A stretch of 64,000 bases of DNA, taken from positions 1,792,001-1,856,000 of the forward strand of contig OY762721.1 of NCBI GenBank assembly GCA_963666345.1. The letters are read 5' to 3'. A program made the position numbers and the translations under genes. Below are positions 27,635 through 39,395 of the stretch, one piece after another (within the stretch, counting starts at the first letter, position 1; each line of letters begins with the position of its first letter). The notes under the pieces were generated by a model. It made no database searches. It was not told the origin of the DNA and saw nothing but the letters and a program-made list of their open reading frames with translations. Source of the stretch: Desulfatiglandales bacterium (GTDB lineage Bacteria > Desulfobacterota > DSM-4660 > Desulfatiglandales > Desulfatiglandaceae).

Positions 27635-27958
27635 AGCCCCCGGGCAGGAGAGCATTACCGACAACAGGCCAGTTCCATTTCTTTTAATAACCTGGCTCTA
27701 CCTGCGCGGGCTCTTACCTTTATACGTCTGTTTATTTATGCACAAGCACAGGCACAGGGGCTCTTTCTGGAGGTCTTATCTCACAGAAAAATACCACAGG
27801 AAGTCGTAGTGGCCGCAGACCTGGCTTTCTTCCCGGGTTTCCTATCAGTTGAGGCAATGCCTGCAAAAGCCCGGGGATGCGGCCTCTTATCCGTAAGGCA
27901 TAGATAAGGCCGGAAGAAAGAGCCTCTGGGCCGGAGAGCATTACCGGCAACAGGCCAG
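27635..27958 (+). repeat. pair of 38-bp direct repeats 286 bp apart
   Basis: 27635-27672 AGCCCCCGGGCAGGAGAGCATTACCGACAACAGGCCAG versus 27921-27958 AGCCTCTGGGCCGGAGAGCATTACCGGCAACAGGCCAG (34/38 identical). Confidence 0.9.
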
Positions 27959-28133
27959 GGTGATTACCTTTCTATAATGAGACAAGGTTGCGAAAATTTT
28001 GGAGCATAAATGGATGCCACACGGTTGACAAAAGGTCCTATTGTTTTTAATAGTTGGACTGGAGTTTGTCAATGCATGCAACAATTCACGGATCCTTTAA
28101 TTTTTTTCCATAAAATACAACTGGAGAAGCACC

Positions 28134-29327
28134 TTGTTGGAATACATCCCCATCCCCACCTTGCGAGACCTGGCTGACATTATTTTTCTCACCTTTGTGG
28201 CCTATTATCTGTACGTATGGTTCAAGGGTACCAGGGCCCTGCGTCTCATAATCGGGCTTATAGTCCTGGGAGGGGTGTATTCCCTGGCCAAACTATGGGG
28301 ACTTTTCCTCACCACATGGGTGTTTCAAATTCTGTGGCAGGTGCTTGTCATACTTCTGCTGATACTCTTTCAATCTGAAATCAGGCAGGTCCTTGAAAAA
28401 ATAAATCTTCTCCGTTATCTCAAGTCACGCAAAGGGCACTCCGAAAAGGAGCTGGCAAAACAGATAGCGGATATTTCCTTTGAGCTTGCAAAGGAACAAA
28501 CCGGAGCCCTCATAGTTATTGTAAGGAACGAGGATCCAAGGGAATTCATACAGGCTGGTCATCCTATTATGGCCCTGCCGGAGCCGAATCTCATCAAAAG
28601 CATCTTCAATCACCACTCTCCTTCCCACGACGGAGCCATAATCCTGTCACAGGGTAAGATCACACATATGGGGTGCATTCTTCCACTTTCCAAAAACGAA
28701 AATATTCCTGAGAATTTCGGAACCCGCCACAGGGCCGCACTCGGCCTTTCGGAGAGAACGGACGCGATCAGCATAGTAGTTTCTGAAGAGCGGATGGAGA
28801 TCTCAACAGCGGTTGAAGGAAACCTGGCGCTCTGGAAGGATCCGGAAAAGCTCGCTGGAAAACTAAGGGAACTGGTTAATGCTCCCGAGCCGGTAAGGGT
28901 CACTTTTTCCGGTTTTATAAAGGGTGCTTTTGCGGAAAAGTGGAGGATCAAACTGGGGGCACTTGCCGTTGTGACACTGGCATGGCTGGTGATCGCCAAC
29001 CCGCAGGAAATCAAAACCACCGTTTCCGTTCCTCTCAAATATACGGAACTTTCCGAGGGTCTCGTGATTGACGAGGTTTCCGAAAAAACCGTCAGGATGG
29101 TCTTTTCAGGTAACCGCTACAGCATCAGAAGGCTCAAGGAACGTGAAATCAGGATACCGGTGAACCTGAGCTACCTGCCTGAAGGCACGCATCAAATTCT
29201 CATAAGCCTGAGGGACATCAACCTGCCCCCCGGCATATCCATTGATCAATCTTCCAACCGAAGAGTCACCGTGGTCATAAGGCCTTCAGACTCGGAAAAT
29301 CTTCACAACCGTGCCTATTCCGAGTGA
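28134..29327 (+). CDS. dacA: diadenylate cyclase CdaA with fused TM and YbbR (CdaR-like) domain
   Basis: Three N-terminal TMs, FQSEIR, GALIVI, HDGA, GTRHRAALG, VVSEE; then a hydrophobic segment and a YbbR-like beta domain. Confidence 0.88.
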   Translation: MLEYIPIPTLRDLADIIFLTFVAYYLYVWFKGTRALRLIIGLIVLGGVYSLAKLWGLFLTTWVFQILWQVLVILLLILFQSEIRQVLEKINLLRYLKSRKGHSEKELAKQIADISFELAKEQTGALIVIVRNEDPREFIQAGHPIMALPEPNLIKSIFNHHSPSHDGAIILSQGKITHMGCILPLSKNENIPENFGTRHRAALGLSERTDAISIVVSEERMEISTAVEGNLALWKDPEKLAGKLRELVNAPEPVRVTFSGFIKGAFAEKWRIKLGALAVVTLAWLVIANPQEIKTTVSVPLKYTELSEGLVIDEVSEKTVRMVFSGNRYSIRRLKEREIRIPVNLSYLPEGTHQILISLRDINLPPGISIDQSSNRRVTVVIRPSDSENLHNRAYSE

Positions 29328-29349
29328 TCCTTTTTGATCTCGGTGACGA

Positions 29350-30807
29350 TCAGTTAAACCGCAAAAGATCTTGAAATTTTATCGGCCTGTTATTCAATGT
29401 AACATTTCCGCGGTCATACCTCACGCTCAGGCTGTAGATGCCTCCATCTCTTGCCAGGATCTGTCCATTCACAAGCTTGTCAAGCATCGCCTGGGTCTGT
29501 GAAGCCGCAAGATCATCAACCTTTTCACCTGAAACATCCTCGCCTGTCTTGCGTTGCTCTTTAAGTATCCTGTTTTTGATGAAAGACTTAAAGCCGGCTT
29601 CGGTCAGGCCTTCCGTAGCAGTCATGTCGGCCTCCGCGCTTACGGCGCCCAGCATCAAAAAGGGATTTATCAGCATCTCGGAGTTGCTTCCATCCACAAT
29701 CACCTTGGCCCGGCCCTTTAGTTCTCCACTTTCCGTCCTTACCTTGAGGCCCTTTATCAGAAGTTCGGGAGAGCCCTTCATGAGATCAGGCAGAAACTCC
29801 GATATCTTCGACAGCAAGGCCCTTTCCGTGCCCTTTTTCCCTTTTTCCATTGACTCTGCCTGGACCTCCTTCATGGCCTTTTTCAATCGCATGAGAGATT
29901 CGACATCCAGGTTTTTCAACTCCACATTCAGTGATCCCTCCCCTTTACCCCCATTGCCGGTTATGTAACTGTCAAGCTCCATGTCAAAAGAGGAAGAGAG
30001 TTTGCTGCCGACCGCCTTGCTGGAGGTTTTCACAAACAGCCCTTCAAATTTGAAACCCTTGCCTGAAACGGTTTTGTTTTCCCTGAATTCAAAAAGCCCC
30101 ATCTTGAAAGATGCGTCCCCCAAAAAAAGTCCGCTTTGGGCCTTATGCATATCTGACCCGAAATTTATTGATTTGATTGTCAGGTCCCCATCCCCCGCAG
30201 CTATATCCAGGCGCGGGGCATCGGCGTATCCCTTGTATTTCTTAGTTTCGGCGTCGAATGTCATGTTGCCGCTCAGGCCCTTCCAGTCTATCAAGACCTC
30301 TTTGGCACCCTGACCGACCAGCGCCTTAAATGGCGGAATATCAAAGACGCTCTTACTGTTTCTGTTCATGTAAATAGATGTCTTGTTTTTGAAATACGCC
30401 TTTTTCAGTATGGGCGAAAAGGCTTCCGGAATCCCCTGCCGTGCTGAAGGATTCCACCTGGCCTCCGTATTGACTGTTGCCAGAAGTGGCCTGAACAGCC
30501 ACTTACCCTCCATTGGATTCAATCCTGGAAAAGGTCCATGTTTTATTTCGTTTCTGAGGGTGAACTGGATAGGGGCGTCTAAACCTGAAGGTCCTGGAAT
30601 CTCGACAATCGTTCGAGATTTCGAGCTGAAAACGCCTCTGTTATACTCACTGTCTCTAAGTCTTATCTGCTGAATCTGTGATTCGGCGTCGCTTATAAAT
30701 GCATTGTATTCACCCTCCGCCTTTATCCCGAACCAATAGGCCGCCGCCGAAGCAGCAACGGCGATTATAATTACGGCAGTCACCAGAAAGTTAATAAACC
30801 TTTTCAT
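29350..30807 (-). CDS. YdgA/DUF945 family protein
   Basis: N-terminal anchor, YWFG..AE, YNRGVFSS, IKHGPFP, C-terminal LNNRPI. Confidence 0.85.
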   Translation of the reverse strand: MKRFINFLVTAVIIIAVAASAAAYWFGIKAEGEYNAFISDAESQIQQIRLRDSEYNRGVFSSKSRTIVEIPGPSGLDAPIQFTLRNEIKHGPFPGLNPMEGKWLFRPLLATVNTEARWNPSARQGIPEAFSPILKKAYFKNKTSIYMNRNSKSVFDIPPFKALVGQGAKEVLIDWKGLSGNMTFDAETKKYKGYADAPRLDIAAGDGDLTIKSINFGSDMHKAQSGLFLGDASFKMGLFEFRENKTVSGKGFKFEGLFVKTSSKAVGSKLSSSFDMELDSYITGNGGKGEGSLNVELKNLDVESLMRLKKAMKEVQAESMEKGKKGTERALLSKISEFLPDLMKGSPELLIKGLKVRTESGELKGRAKVIVDGSNSEMLINPFLMLGAVSAEADMTATEGLTEAGFKSFIKNRILKEQRKTGEDVSGEKVDDLAASQTQAMLDKLVNGQILARDGGIYSLSVRYDRGNVTLNNRPIKFQDLLRFN

Positions 30808-30890
30808 TTGACCCTCCTTTCGGATTCAGATTATTGAGGCGGAACTTCGAACACCCGGAACGTCACGGTTCTTCTCCATAAACAAGCCAT

Positions 30891-31778
30891 CTACTGAACG
30901 GAGACAGGCAGCCATCTGCCCTCATGGTAACGGAGCCTTGAAAATTCCTCTCCCGGAGCCGCCACTTTTCCCCTTAAAAAATCCTGGTCCGGTTGGAAAT
31001 CCCTGTCTATCATGGAATCCCAGGGCTCAAGGATCAATGCCCCCTGCGGAAGGTCGATCATTCGGGGCCTCAGAGGGGCTTCCCAGGATCTTTTTTTCAG
31101 ATCCTGTTCCAGATTCGAAATATCCCGATATCCCGATAACTGCCAAAGGGTTACAATGGCGGGAGGACTCAGAGGGGTCTTACCTTCAAGGTTTTCCTCC
31201 AGCCCCTTAAGGGGCGAAACCCACTTTCCAACCGTTGTTTCCTTGTTGTCAGGATGACACGTCTGTTGGGGGGGCATCAGGGCAAGAAAAAAGCGAGTGT
31301 CGAAACGCATCGGCATGCGGCTCGGTGTAATCCAGTGTGACCAAGGGAAAAGAGCCGACAATGAAAGCACCCATCGTCCGTTAATGACTAATTCAATCAG
31401 CCAGTTCCTTTCAAGCCTGCCATTCAACCGTAGGTCACAGGCCTTTTTCAGGCCACTTTCATAAGCGCTTTCATTGAAAGCGAGCAGAACTCCCGCCTCT
31501 TCAAAGGTTTCACGAATTGCGGCAATGCCATGCTCAATGAGGCAATTATTCCCAGGGATCCGTTTATCAAACTCTACATCCAGATATCCCTTAAAGGAGT
31601 CGACATCCGCATCCTCTGAAGCCACCTTTCCTCCGGGAAACACATACATTCCGGGCATAAAACTGCTTTGATCACTTCTTTTAAGCAGAAATACCTCAAT
31701 GTCCCGGTTACCTCTTCGACAAAGAATCACGGTTGAGGCCCTTATGAGATTTCCTTCATTCAGAGCATCATCACTCAA
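30891..31778 (-). CDS. NUDIX hydrolase
   Basis: ASTVIL, VFPGG, AAIRETFEEAG, HWITP..RFDTRFF. Confidence 0.9.
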   Translation of the reverse strand: MSDDALNEGNLIRASTVILCRRGNRDIEVFLLKRSDQSSFMPGMYVFPGGKVASEDADVDSFKGYLDVEFDKRIPGNNCLIEHGIAAIRETFEEAGVLLAFNESAYESGLKKACDLRLNGRLERNWLIELVINGRWVLSLSALFPWSHWITPSRMPMRFDTRFFLALMPPQQTCHPDNKETTVGKWVSPLKGLEENLEGKTPLSPPAIVTLWQLSGYRDISNLEQDLKKRSWEAPLRPRMIDLPQGALILEPWDSMIDRDFQPDQDFLRGKVAAPGEEFSRLRYHEGRWLPVSVQ

Positions 31779-31887
31779 TACGAATCCCCACTCCGCCTTG
31801 AACTGCAGGTTTTCCCCGGGAAAGGACCGGTCCGCCGCATCAGGCCTTGAGGTAAATAATTTGATTCATTGAGAGCCATCCCTTTTT

Positions 31888-32724
31888 TCATGCCGCCAGT
31901 CTCTTCAATTCCTTGACACGCCTTTCAGACGTAAAATGGTGGGAGTAGCCGGCCTCCAGGGCGAGATCAAGTGCCAGGTCAAAACCGAACCCGATCTCCT
32001 GAGGCTTATGCGCGTCAGAACCGAAGCAGATCGGGATACACCTTTCAAAGGACCAGGAAAGTATTTCGGCTGAAGGATAGCACTCTTTCACAGGTTTTCT
32101 AAGTCCTGAGGTGTTTATTTCAAGACCGATACCGAGCTCCGCCATCCGGTCCAGGACAGGAAGCGCCATTTCCCTCAGATCGCCTTTCTCAGGCCTGTAA
32201 CCAAACTTTTTTGGAAGATCAAAATGACCGACCGCATCAAAAAGACCGGAATCGACAAGCATCTTCAGCAGACAAAAATACCTTCTCCAGGACCCGGTGA
32301 CATCCACTGAGTCCCATACATGTCTCTGCGAGGGGTTATCAAAACCCCAGCCGTCAATAAAATGGACTGAGCCGATCACAAAATCGAAATTCTGTTCAGG
32401 AAGCCAGCTTCTGAGATGGTTTTCACAGCCTTCATAATAATCCGCCTCAATGCCGAATAATACAAGGGGCGGCTCCGCGGTTTGAGTTTCAGATACCATG
32501 GATTTATAAAGCGGAAACTGATCCATGGTCATCCTATGAGCAGGATCATATCCGTCCGGGGTGGGTGCATGATCTGTAAAACAGAGAGAAGTGACGCCCC
32601 TTGACCTTGCCGCTGTTTTATACTCATGCACATCACCCTCTGCATGTCCGCATAGAGGAGTATGAATGTGATAATCAGGAAGATCAGGTTTAACGATCTC
32701 ATTTTTCATTCGGCAGTCGCTCAT
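31888..32724 (-). CDS. PHP-family histidinol-phosphatase (HisK/HisJ type)
   Basis: DYHIHTPLCGHA, FTDHAP, IGSVH, GHFDLPKKF, EINTSGLRK, GSDAH. Confidence 0.9.
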   Translation of the reverse strand: MSDCRMKNEIVKPDLPDYHIHTPLCGHAEGDVHEYKTAARSRGVTSLCFTDHAPTPDGYDPAHRMTMDQFPLYKSMVSETQTAEPPLVLFGIEADYYEGCENHLRSWLPEQNFDFVIGSVHFIDGWGFDNPSQRHVWDSVDVTGSWRRYFCLLKMLVDSGLFDAVGHFDLPKKFGYRPEKGDLREMALPVLDRMAELGIGLEINTSGLRKPVKECYPSAEILSWSFERCIPICFGSDAHKPQEIGFGFDLALDLALEAGYSHHFTSERRVKELKRLAA

Positions 32725-32746
32725 TCACAAAAGGATAAGACCCAAG

Positions 32747-34093
<1,347 letters not shown>

Positions 34094-34140
34094 TTACCCC
34101 CTTTGTGACAAGACAAAAGGGATTTTTTTCTCATACCGGA

Positions 34141-34503
34141 CTACATTCTTATCTTGGAGGAGCTCTTTTCAGGGTTCTTTTCCAGACGCCTGTACCTGGC
34201 TACCGCAGTTTCCGCAAGTCTCTGCATAACCCTGCTGAGATCCGAATCCTTCCAGACATCCTGAAACCCTCCTGAAGCGGAAAGCCTTTTACCTATGACA
34301 AAATAGGGAGGTGATTCCAGAAAAAGAGAAACATCCTCATAAACCAGATCGGCTTCTTCCCCCAATATGCTTTCCAGAAGTTCCTTGGCCGTATAAAAGA
34401 AAAACTTCTTCACATCCTCGGTGGACTCCGCAAGGTTGAGCTTCTGCCTGAAATTGGGAATAACTTTATGTTCCTCTTTTGTAAAGGAAATCTGCGTCGT
34501 CAT
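34141..34503 (-). CDS. hypothetical protein (120 aa)
   Basis: AGGAG SD and protein-like composition; no family recognised. Confidence 0.75.
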   Translation of the reverse strand: MTTQISFTKEEHKVIPNFRQKLNLAESTEDVKKFFFYTAKELLESILGEEADLVYEDVSLFLESPPYFVIGKRLSASGGFQDVWKDSDLSRVMQRLAETAVARYRRLEKNPEKSSSKIRM

Positions 34504-34843
34504 TTTTTTCTCCTAAACGAGGCGGTTCAAAATGACAGGCCCCTTTCCGTTTCCTGGTTTTGAAGGATCGATAAACGTCGTAAAGCCAAGACATCTCCGC
34601 AGACATATACACTTACGGGTAGTTCTTTAGGTTATGCAGCAGCCTGTTCAAGCTGTTCGAAAATAGTGATAGGCTCGACAATCAGACGTTCTCATTTTGA
34701 TTCAGGATTTTTATCAACAGAAAGCCGTAATGGTGAGGTCAAAGGAGCTGATCAAGGCAGTCAGACTACGCAGCCCGGAGGAGACGGAGTTAAGTTCTGA
34801 AGAACAATATGTTTGAAATTATAAGGAAAAAAGTTTTTCCATG

Positions 34844-35752
34844 TCAAAGAATTTCTTTATAACGACCGATAATCAGGTTTATCAGGTCTTCCGCACCATT
34901 ATGCCCACTTATGATATCGGCCGAAGGACCAAGAGGTCTCCATACATCCGGATCCGATTTCCTGAAAAGCGCTAATGTATTAGCGCCGCACATGGCCGCA
35001 AGATGACTTATCCCGCTGTCATGTCCGCAATAAAAACGAGCCTCGAACAGGATTGAAAGAAGCTGTTCCCTTTCAGGCATAAGGCATATTTCCGCCTTCT
35101 TGTTCAGGTTATCTGAAAGGCATGAAAGGATTGAGCTTTCCGCAGGTCCCAGTATTATTGTGATCCTGTCGGCCTCGTTTTCAAATCGGGAGATAAAAGA
35201 ATCAACAAGATCAAGCCAGAACCTGGGCGGGTAATTCTTGGCCGGATCTCCCGAGCCTGGGTGAAAGACGATTCTTGATCTTAAATGCGACTTTGAGGCG
35301 GGTTTGATCAGTGCCTCTTTTACGGCCATTTTACTGCATAAATCCGGATCGGCAGGCAACCCGGCTTCTCTTAGACAAAGGCATGTATAAGAGGCCGCAT
35401 GAATCTTCATTTCCTGAGAAGGAATGGATGGAAACATATAAACGGGAACGTCGGCCGGAAAACAGGAGCGGAGGTTCTTTCCTATGGTGCCGTCCCTGTC
35501 TCTAAAAAAGCCTACCACAAGATCGGCTTCCCGGACGGGGAAAATAATATTCTTATCCGAATTTTCGATAAATAGCCTGTGCCAGCCATGGGTCTCGATA
35601 TCCATTGTGAGGGAGGCATAATCGTTCAGATACCCTATGCCGGGCTGCCGGCCCACGACAATGAAGCTGTTATCCTTATAAAGGGTCTTAAGGGCCGGCA
35701 GAAGCATAAGGGTGTCGCCAAGCGCACCTGATCGCAATATTAACACCTTCAT
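34844..35752 (-). CDS. glycosyltransferase family 9 (heptosyltransferase-like)
   Basis: ILRSGALGD, FHPGSG..KNYP, GHDSGISHLAA, WRPLG; start moved to ATG 35752. Confidence 0.88.
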   Translation of the reverse strand: MKVLILRSGALGDTLMLLPALKTLYKDNSFIVVGRQPGIGYLNDYASLTMDIETHGWHRLFIENSDKNIIFPVREADLVVGFFRDRDGTIGKNLRSCFPADVPVYMFPSIPSQEMKIHAASYTCLCLREAGLPADPDLCSKMAVKEALIKPASKSHLRSRIVFHPGSGDPAKNYPPRFWLDLVDSFISRFENEADRITIILGPAESSILSCLSDNLNKKAEICLMPEREQLLSILFEARFYCGHDSGISHLAAMCGANTLALFRKSDPDVWRPLGPSADIISGHNGAEDLINLIIGRYKEIL

Positions 35753-35756
35753 TCTA

Positions 35757-36098
35757 TTACCATGCCTGTGATGCGACAACGAGGATGACACAGTCCTCCT
35801 TCCCGTTGTTAATCAGCGAATGGGCGGCGCCCGTCGGAATCCAGGTGGCATCCCCCGGCCCTACCTGCCTTGATTCTTCATCCACACTGATCCGGCCTGA
35901 GCCGCTCAATACGAAATAGATCTCCTCCATGGGGTCTACATGGGACTCTATCTCTTTTCCCCGGCTCAACCTTGCTATGGCCATAAATCCAAGCTCTTTT
36001 AATACCCTGCGGTCGAGAATCATCTGCGCTGTCGCGCCGCCATGGGCCAGATAGGTTGAATCCAGAACCTCCCTGTCATTGATATTTCTTACTATCAT
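35757..36098 (-). CDS. cupin domain protein
   Basis: HVDPMEEIYFVLSGSG, GDATWIPTGAAHSLIN. Confidence 0.9.
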   Translation of the reverse strand: MIVRNINDREVLDSTYLAHGGATAQMILDRRVLKELGFMAIARLSRGKEIESHVDPMEEIYFVLSGSGRISVDEESRQVGPGDATWIPTGAAHSLINNGKEDCVILVVASQAW

Positions 36099-36240
36099 CT
36101 TTTCCTCCTAATCGGCTTTTCCCAATTTATTCTTGATTCGAAAAATAAAAAAGGCTTAAATTGGGTATTATAAATAATACTGAAATAAAGAGACCGGAAG
36201 AATCTCTTTCCAGCATAAATAAAAATTTGGAGAGTGCCAA

Positions 36241-37533
36241 ATGGAAAAAGCTCGACCCGCCCCCTCTTTGAAAACGCTTGACAAGGCCCTGCTTAAAGAC
36301 AAGGTCGTCCTTGTAAGGGTAGATCACAATGTGGTCAAAAAGGGCATTATCAAGGACCCCTATCGAATCGACTCCACCATTGGAACCCTCTATTCAATCG
36401 CGGAAAAAGGTGGAAGGCCTGTTGTCATAACACATGTGGGTAGACCCCGGGACAAAAAATCAGGACTGATAACCTGCAGGGAGGAAGAATCGGTAAGACC
36501 TGTAATAAGGTATCTTGAAGAAAAACTTCCGATCAAGATCCATTATCACGAACTGCCCGCAGATGGAAACAACGGCATAACAGAGTTTGATACTCCGGCT
36601 GATCAGGCCCTGGAAGATCTCAGGACGGGAAAAATCGGGATGATATATCTTCAGAACTCCCGCTGGTTTAAAGGTGAGCAGTCAGAGGGAGCACCAAGGC
36701 GGAAATTTATTGAATGGCTTGCCTCGGTCTCCGACGTATTTGTAAACGATGCCTTCGGTGCATGGCGGGCACACGCCTCCACCTACGATATCGCCGGGCG
36801 GCTTCCCTCCTTTGCCGGAGCGCTTCTCGAAAAGGAGATCTCAAATCTTTACAGGGTACTGGAGCCTGAAAGACCTTTTCTTGCGGTAATAGCCGGATCC
36901 AAATATGATACCAAGATCGGCCCGTTAAAGGCACTCCACGGCAAGGTGGATCACCTGTTACTTGGTGGACTGATGCACAGCACCTTTTTGTCGGCAAAAT
37001 ACGGGATAAATATCAAGGGTGTGACGGATGAGGACAGAAAGCTTGCGATGGAACTTGTGGAATTAGACAAGAGGGATAAAAAGATTCTTGAAATGACTCA
37101 TATAATTGAATCGGATATAATGGAGGGGAAAAAACAGGGGACCTTCAGGACCATCAAGACGGAGGATCTCGCACACAGGGATAAATGTAACTATCTTCTT
37201 GATGTAGACCCTGAGTCGTTTCAGACAAGGCAGGTAAAAGAGGCCATAGAAGGGGCAAAGACCATTTTCGTAAATGCGGTCATGGGCCTGATGCCTCATT
37301 TTTATGAAGGATCACAGGCCATTTACAGGATGATAGGTTCAAACAGAAACGCCATGAAACTTTTCGGGGGCGGTGACACCCTGCAGGAACTCAAAAATCT
37401 CTGCCCCGGGATATATCTTGAAGGCCTGGATTCTCCTCGAACCTACTTTTTTACCGGAGGGGGAAGCGTTCTCGCAGCGGTCGAAAATGGAAATCCTTAC
37501 GCACTCAAGCCGGTACAGGCATTGCTGGAATAG
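36241..37533 (+). CDS. pgk: phosphoglycerate kinase
   Basis: VLVRVDHNV, THVGRP, FVNDAFG..RAHAST, GGGDT, TGGG. Confidence 0.92.
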   Translation: MEKARPAPSLKTLDKALLKDKVVLVRVDHNVVKKGIIKDPYRIDSTIGTLYSIAEKGGRPVVITHVGRPRDKKSGLITCREEESVRPVIRYLEEKLPIKIHYHELPADGNNGITEFDTPADQALEDLRTGKIGMIYLQNSRWFKGEQSEGAPRRKFIEWLASVSDVFVNDAFGAWRAHASTYDIAGRLPSFAGALLEKEISNLYRVLEPERPFLAVIAGSKYDTKIGPLKALHGKVDHLLLGGLMHSTFLSAKYGINIKGVTDEDRKLAMELVELDKRDKKILEMTHIIESDIMEGKKQGTFRTIKTEDLAHRDKCNYLLDVDPESFQTRQVKEAIEGAKTIFVNAVMGLMPHFYEGSQAIYRMIGSNRNAMKLFGGGDTLQELKNLCPGIYLEGLDSPRTYFFTGGGSVLAAVENGNPYALKPVQALLE

Positions 37534-37616
37534 GCCTGAAAGGCTTTTTCAATACGGGTTCAGCTCTTTCACCATTTACTTGATCAGGATACTCTTTTCA
37601 TCCGGGAGGAATAATA

Positions 37617-38414
37617 ATGGAGATAAGGCCTATTTTTGACCCTCAAAAAATGGGGCGCCCCATGAGGATCGCCGCATTCATGTCAGGCTCAGGTACGAAT
37701 ATAAAAAAACTGCTCGCATGGCAGAAAAAACTGGAGGAAAGGGAGGGTAAGTCCCCTTTTGAAGTCATCTTCATATTCAGCGACAGATCAGATGGTAAAT
37801 GTGTCGGCGAAGAGATAGCGCTCGACAATGGGCTTCCCTATTTCAGTTATGATATCCGGGCCTTTCACAGGATAAAATCGGTCAGCAGGAGCGTTGACTC
37901 CGAGCAGGGCCTTTCCGCTAGAAAACAATATGATCAGATACCCAGAAAACTGTCGGCGGCATTTGAAATAGATGTCATTGCACTGGGAGGATACATGAGT
38001 TACACAACTCTGCCCAGGTGTGTAAATGTCCATCCCGCTGACCTATCCATCCTGTCCCCGGACGGGGCAAGAAAATATGTGGGCGACAATGCGGTTTACG
38101 ACGCCATAGTGGCCGGCGAAAAAAATCTCAGGGCATCAACCCTTTGGACGGATGAAGGCGTGGATACAGGCCCACTGCTTATGGTATCCGAGGCTATGCC
38201 GGTAGAGCTTCCGGAGCCGCTCGATAAGCTCATAAAGGACAGGGACAAACTGGCCGAAATCGTCGATACACATCAGGAAAAGCTTAAAAGGGTGGGCGAC
38301 TGGGTCATATTTCCCACGACCATAGAAATGATTGCAAGAGGACGTCTTGCAATTGATGAACAAGGCAATGTGTATGCGGACGGGGAAAAAACGGAAGGAG
38401 GATTCAGGCTCTGA
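37617..38414 (+). CDS. formyltransferase (PurN-like)
   Basis: MSGSGTN, ALGGYM, NVHPADL, GVDTGP. Confidence 0.8.
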   Translation: MEIRPIFDPQKMGRPMRIAAFMSGSGTNIKKLLAWQKKLEEREGKSPFEVIFIFSDRSDGKCVGEEIALDNGLPYFSYDIRAFHRIKSVSRSVDSEQGLSARKQYDQIPRKLSAAFEIDVIALGGYMSYTTLPRCVNVHPADLSILSPDGARKYVGDNAVYDAIVAGEKNLRASTLWTDEGVDTGPLLMVSEAMPVELPEPLDKLIKDRDKLAEIVDTHQEKLKRVGDWVIFPTTIEMIARGRLAIDEQGNVYADGEKTEGGFRL

Positions 38415-38676
38415 AAAAATGCGATTACCTCCCCCGGAAGACGTTCTTAAACGATGCCAACTGAAAGGATCTTTTTTTAAGTTTACAGAAATAAACCTTT
38501 GACCCTCTTCTCTAAATTGAAAAAAACCGAGCGACTTTGTAATTTTAATCCCAAAGCCCTTTTGTTCCGGTAATCTCGAAAAACAGCAAAGAATAATCTC
38601 GTAAAATGGTCGTGCAGGGCCTTCTGCGAGACTAACAGGAAAGGCGGCAGTAATTTACTTACTGTTGACAAATATT

Positions 38677-39372
38677 ATGGAGCCTAAAGCCGTAAATTCC
38701 TATCCGCTTGCAGAGGAAGAGGCCTATCAAAACGGCCAAACCATTTTTGCTGAAAACAGCTCAGGTGACTGGATGTATGTAGTCCTTTCAGGCCAGGTCG
38801 AAATATCCAAGGAAATAAAGGGGCAAAGATATATCATCGCACTTCTTAAACCGGGTGAAGTTTTCGGAGAACTCGCATTCTTCAGCGGGATAAAGAGAAC
38901 TGCATCCGCCACGGCGAGAGGGAAAACGACCGTAGGGATAATTGATCGATCCATCTTTGAAAAGGAGTTCAATCAGCTGTCATCTCAGCTCAAAAGCATC
39001 ATAAAACTGATGGCAACCAGATACAAGAGCGTCCTTGAAAGGACTTCTCAACTATCTACACGCCACGAGCCCAGGTCTCCGAAAGTTATTTCCGTGGTAT
39101 TTAAGGACAAAAAAACCTTTGTGAAATCCTACACGGAAAATGCCGGCATGGGGGGGATTTTCATAAAAACGGAGAATCTGCTTCCTCTCGGTCACCAGTT
39201 CCTTCTGAAACTTAAGCTGCCAGGGGTAGAAGAACCTATCGAGGTGGAAAGCGAGGTTATCTGGTCCCGCAAAAAGGCCGACAAATTTCCGCACCCCCCC
39301 GGCATGGGCATAAAATTCAATGAACTCCCTGAAAAATCAGACCAGATCCTCAGGACTTATTTGAGGAAATGA
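38677..39372 (+). CDS. cyclic-nucleotide-binding domain plus PilZ (TIGR02266-like) protein
   Basis: IFAEN..MYVVLSGQV, GEVFGELA..RTASA; RHEPR, NAGMGGIFI, VIWSR, GMGIKF. Confidence 0.88.
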   Translation: MEPKAVNSYPLAEEEAYQNGQTIFAENSSGDWMYVVLSGQVEISKEIKGQRYIIALLKPGEVFGELAFFSGIKRTASATARGKTTVGIIDRSIFEKEFNQLSSQLKSIIKLMATRYKSVLERTSQLSTRHEPRSPKVISVVFKDKKTFVKSYTENAGMGGIFIKTENLLPLGHQFLLKLKLPGVEEPIEVESEVIWSRKKADKFPHPPGMGIKFNELPEKSDQILRTYLRK

Positions 39373-39395
39373 CGATACACCTTCAACCGGTCTGA

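Noticed and set aside
27635..27958. CRISPR array
   Set aside because: Only two repeat units separated by about 250 bp and no cas genes
34510..34840. possible ncRNA or MITE in the spacer
   Set aside because: Only weak inverted similarity (GCCTGTTCAA / TATCAACAG); no second copy or recognisable structure
38480..38670. c-di-GMP (GEMM) riboswitch upstream of the PilZ gene
   Set aside because: GEMM consensus not found; the hairpin present matches the REP-like family ends instead
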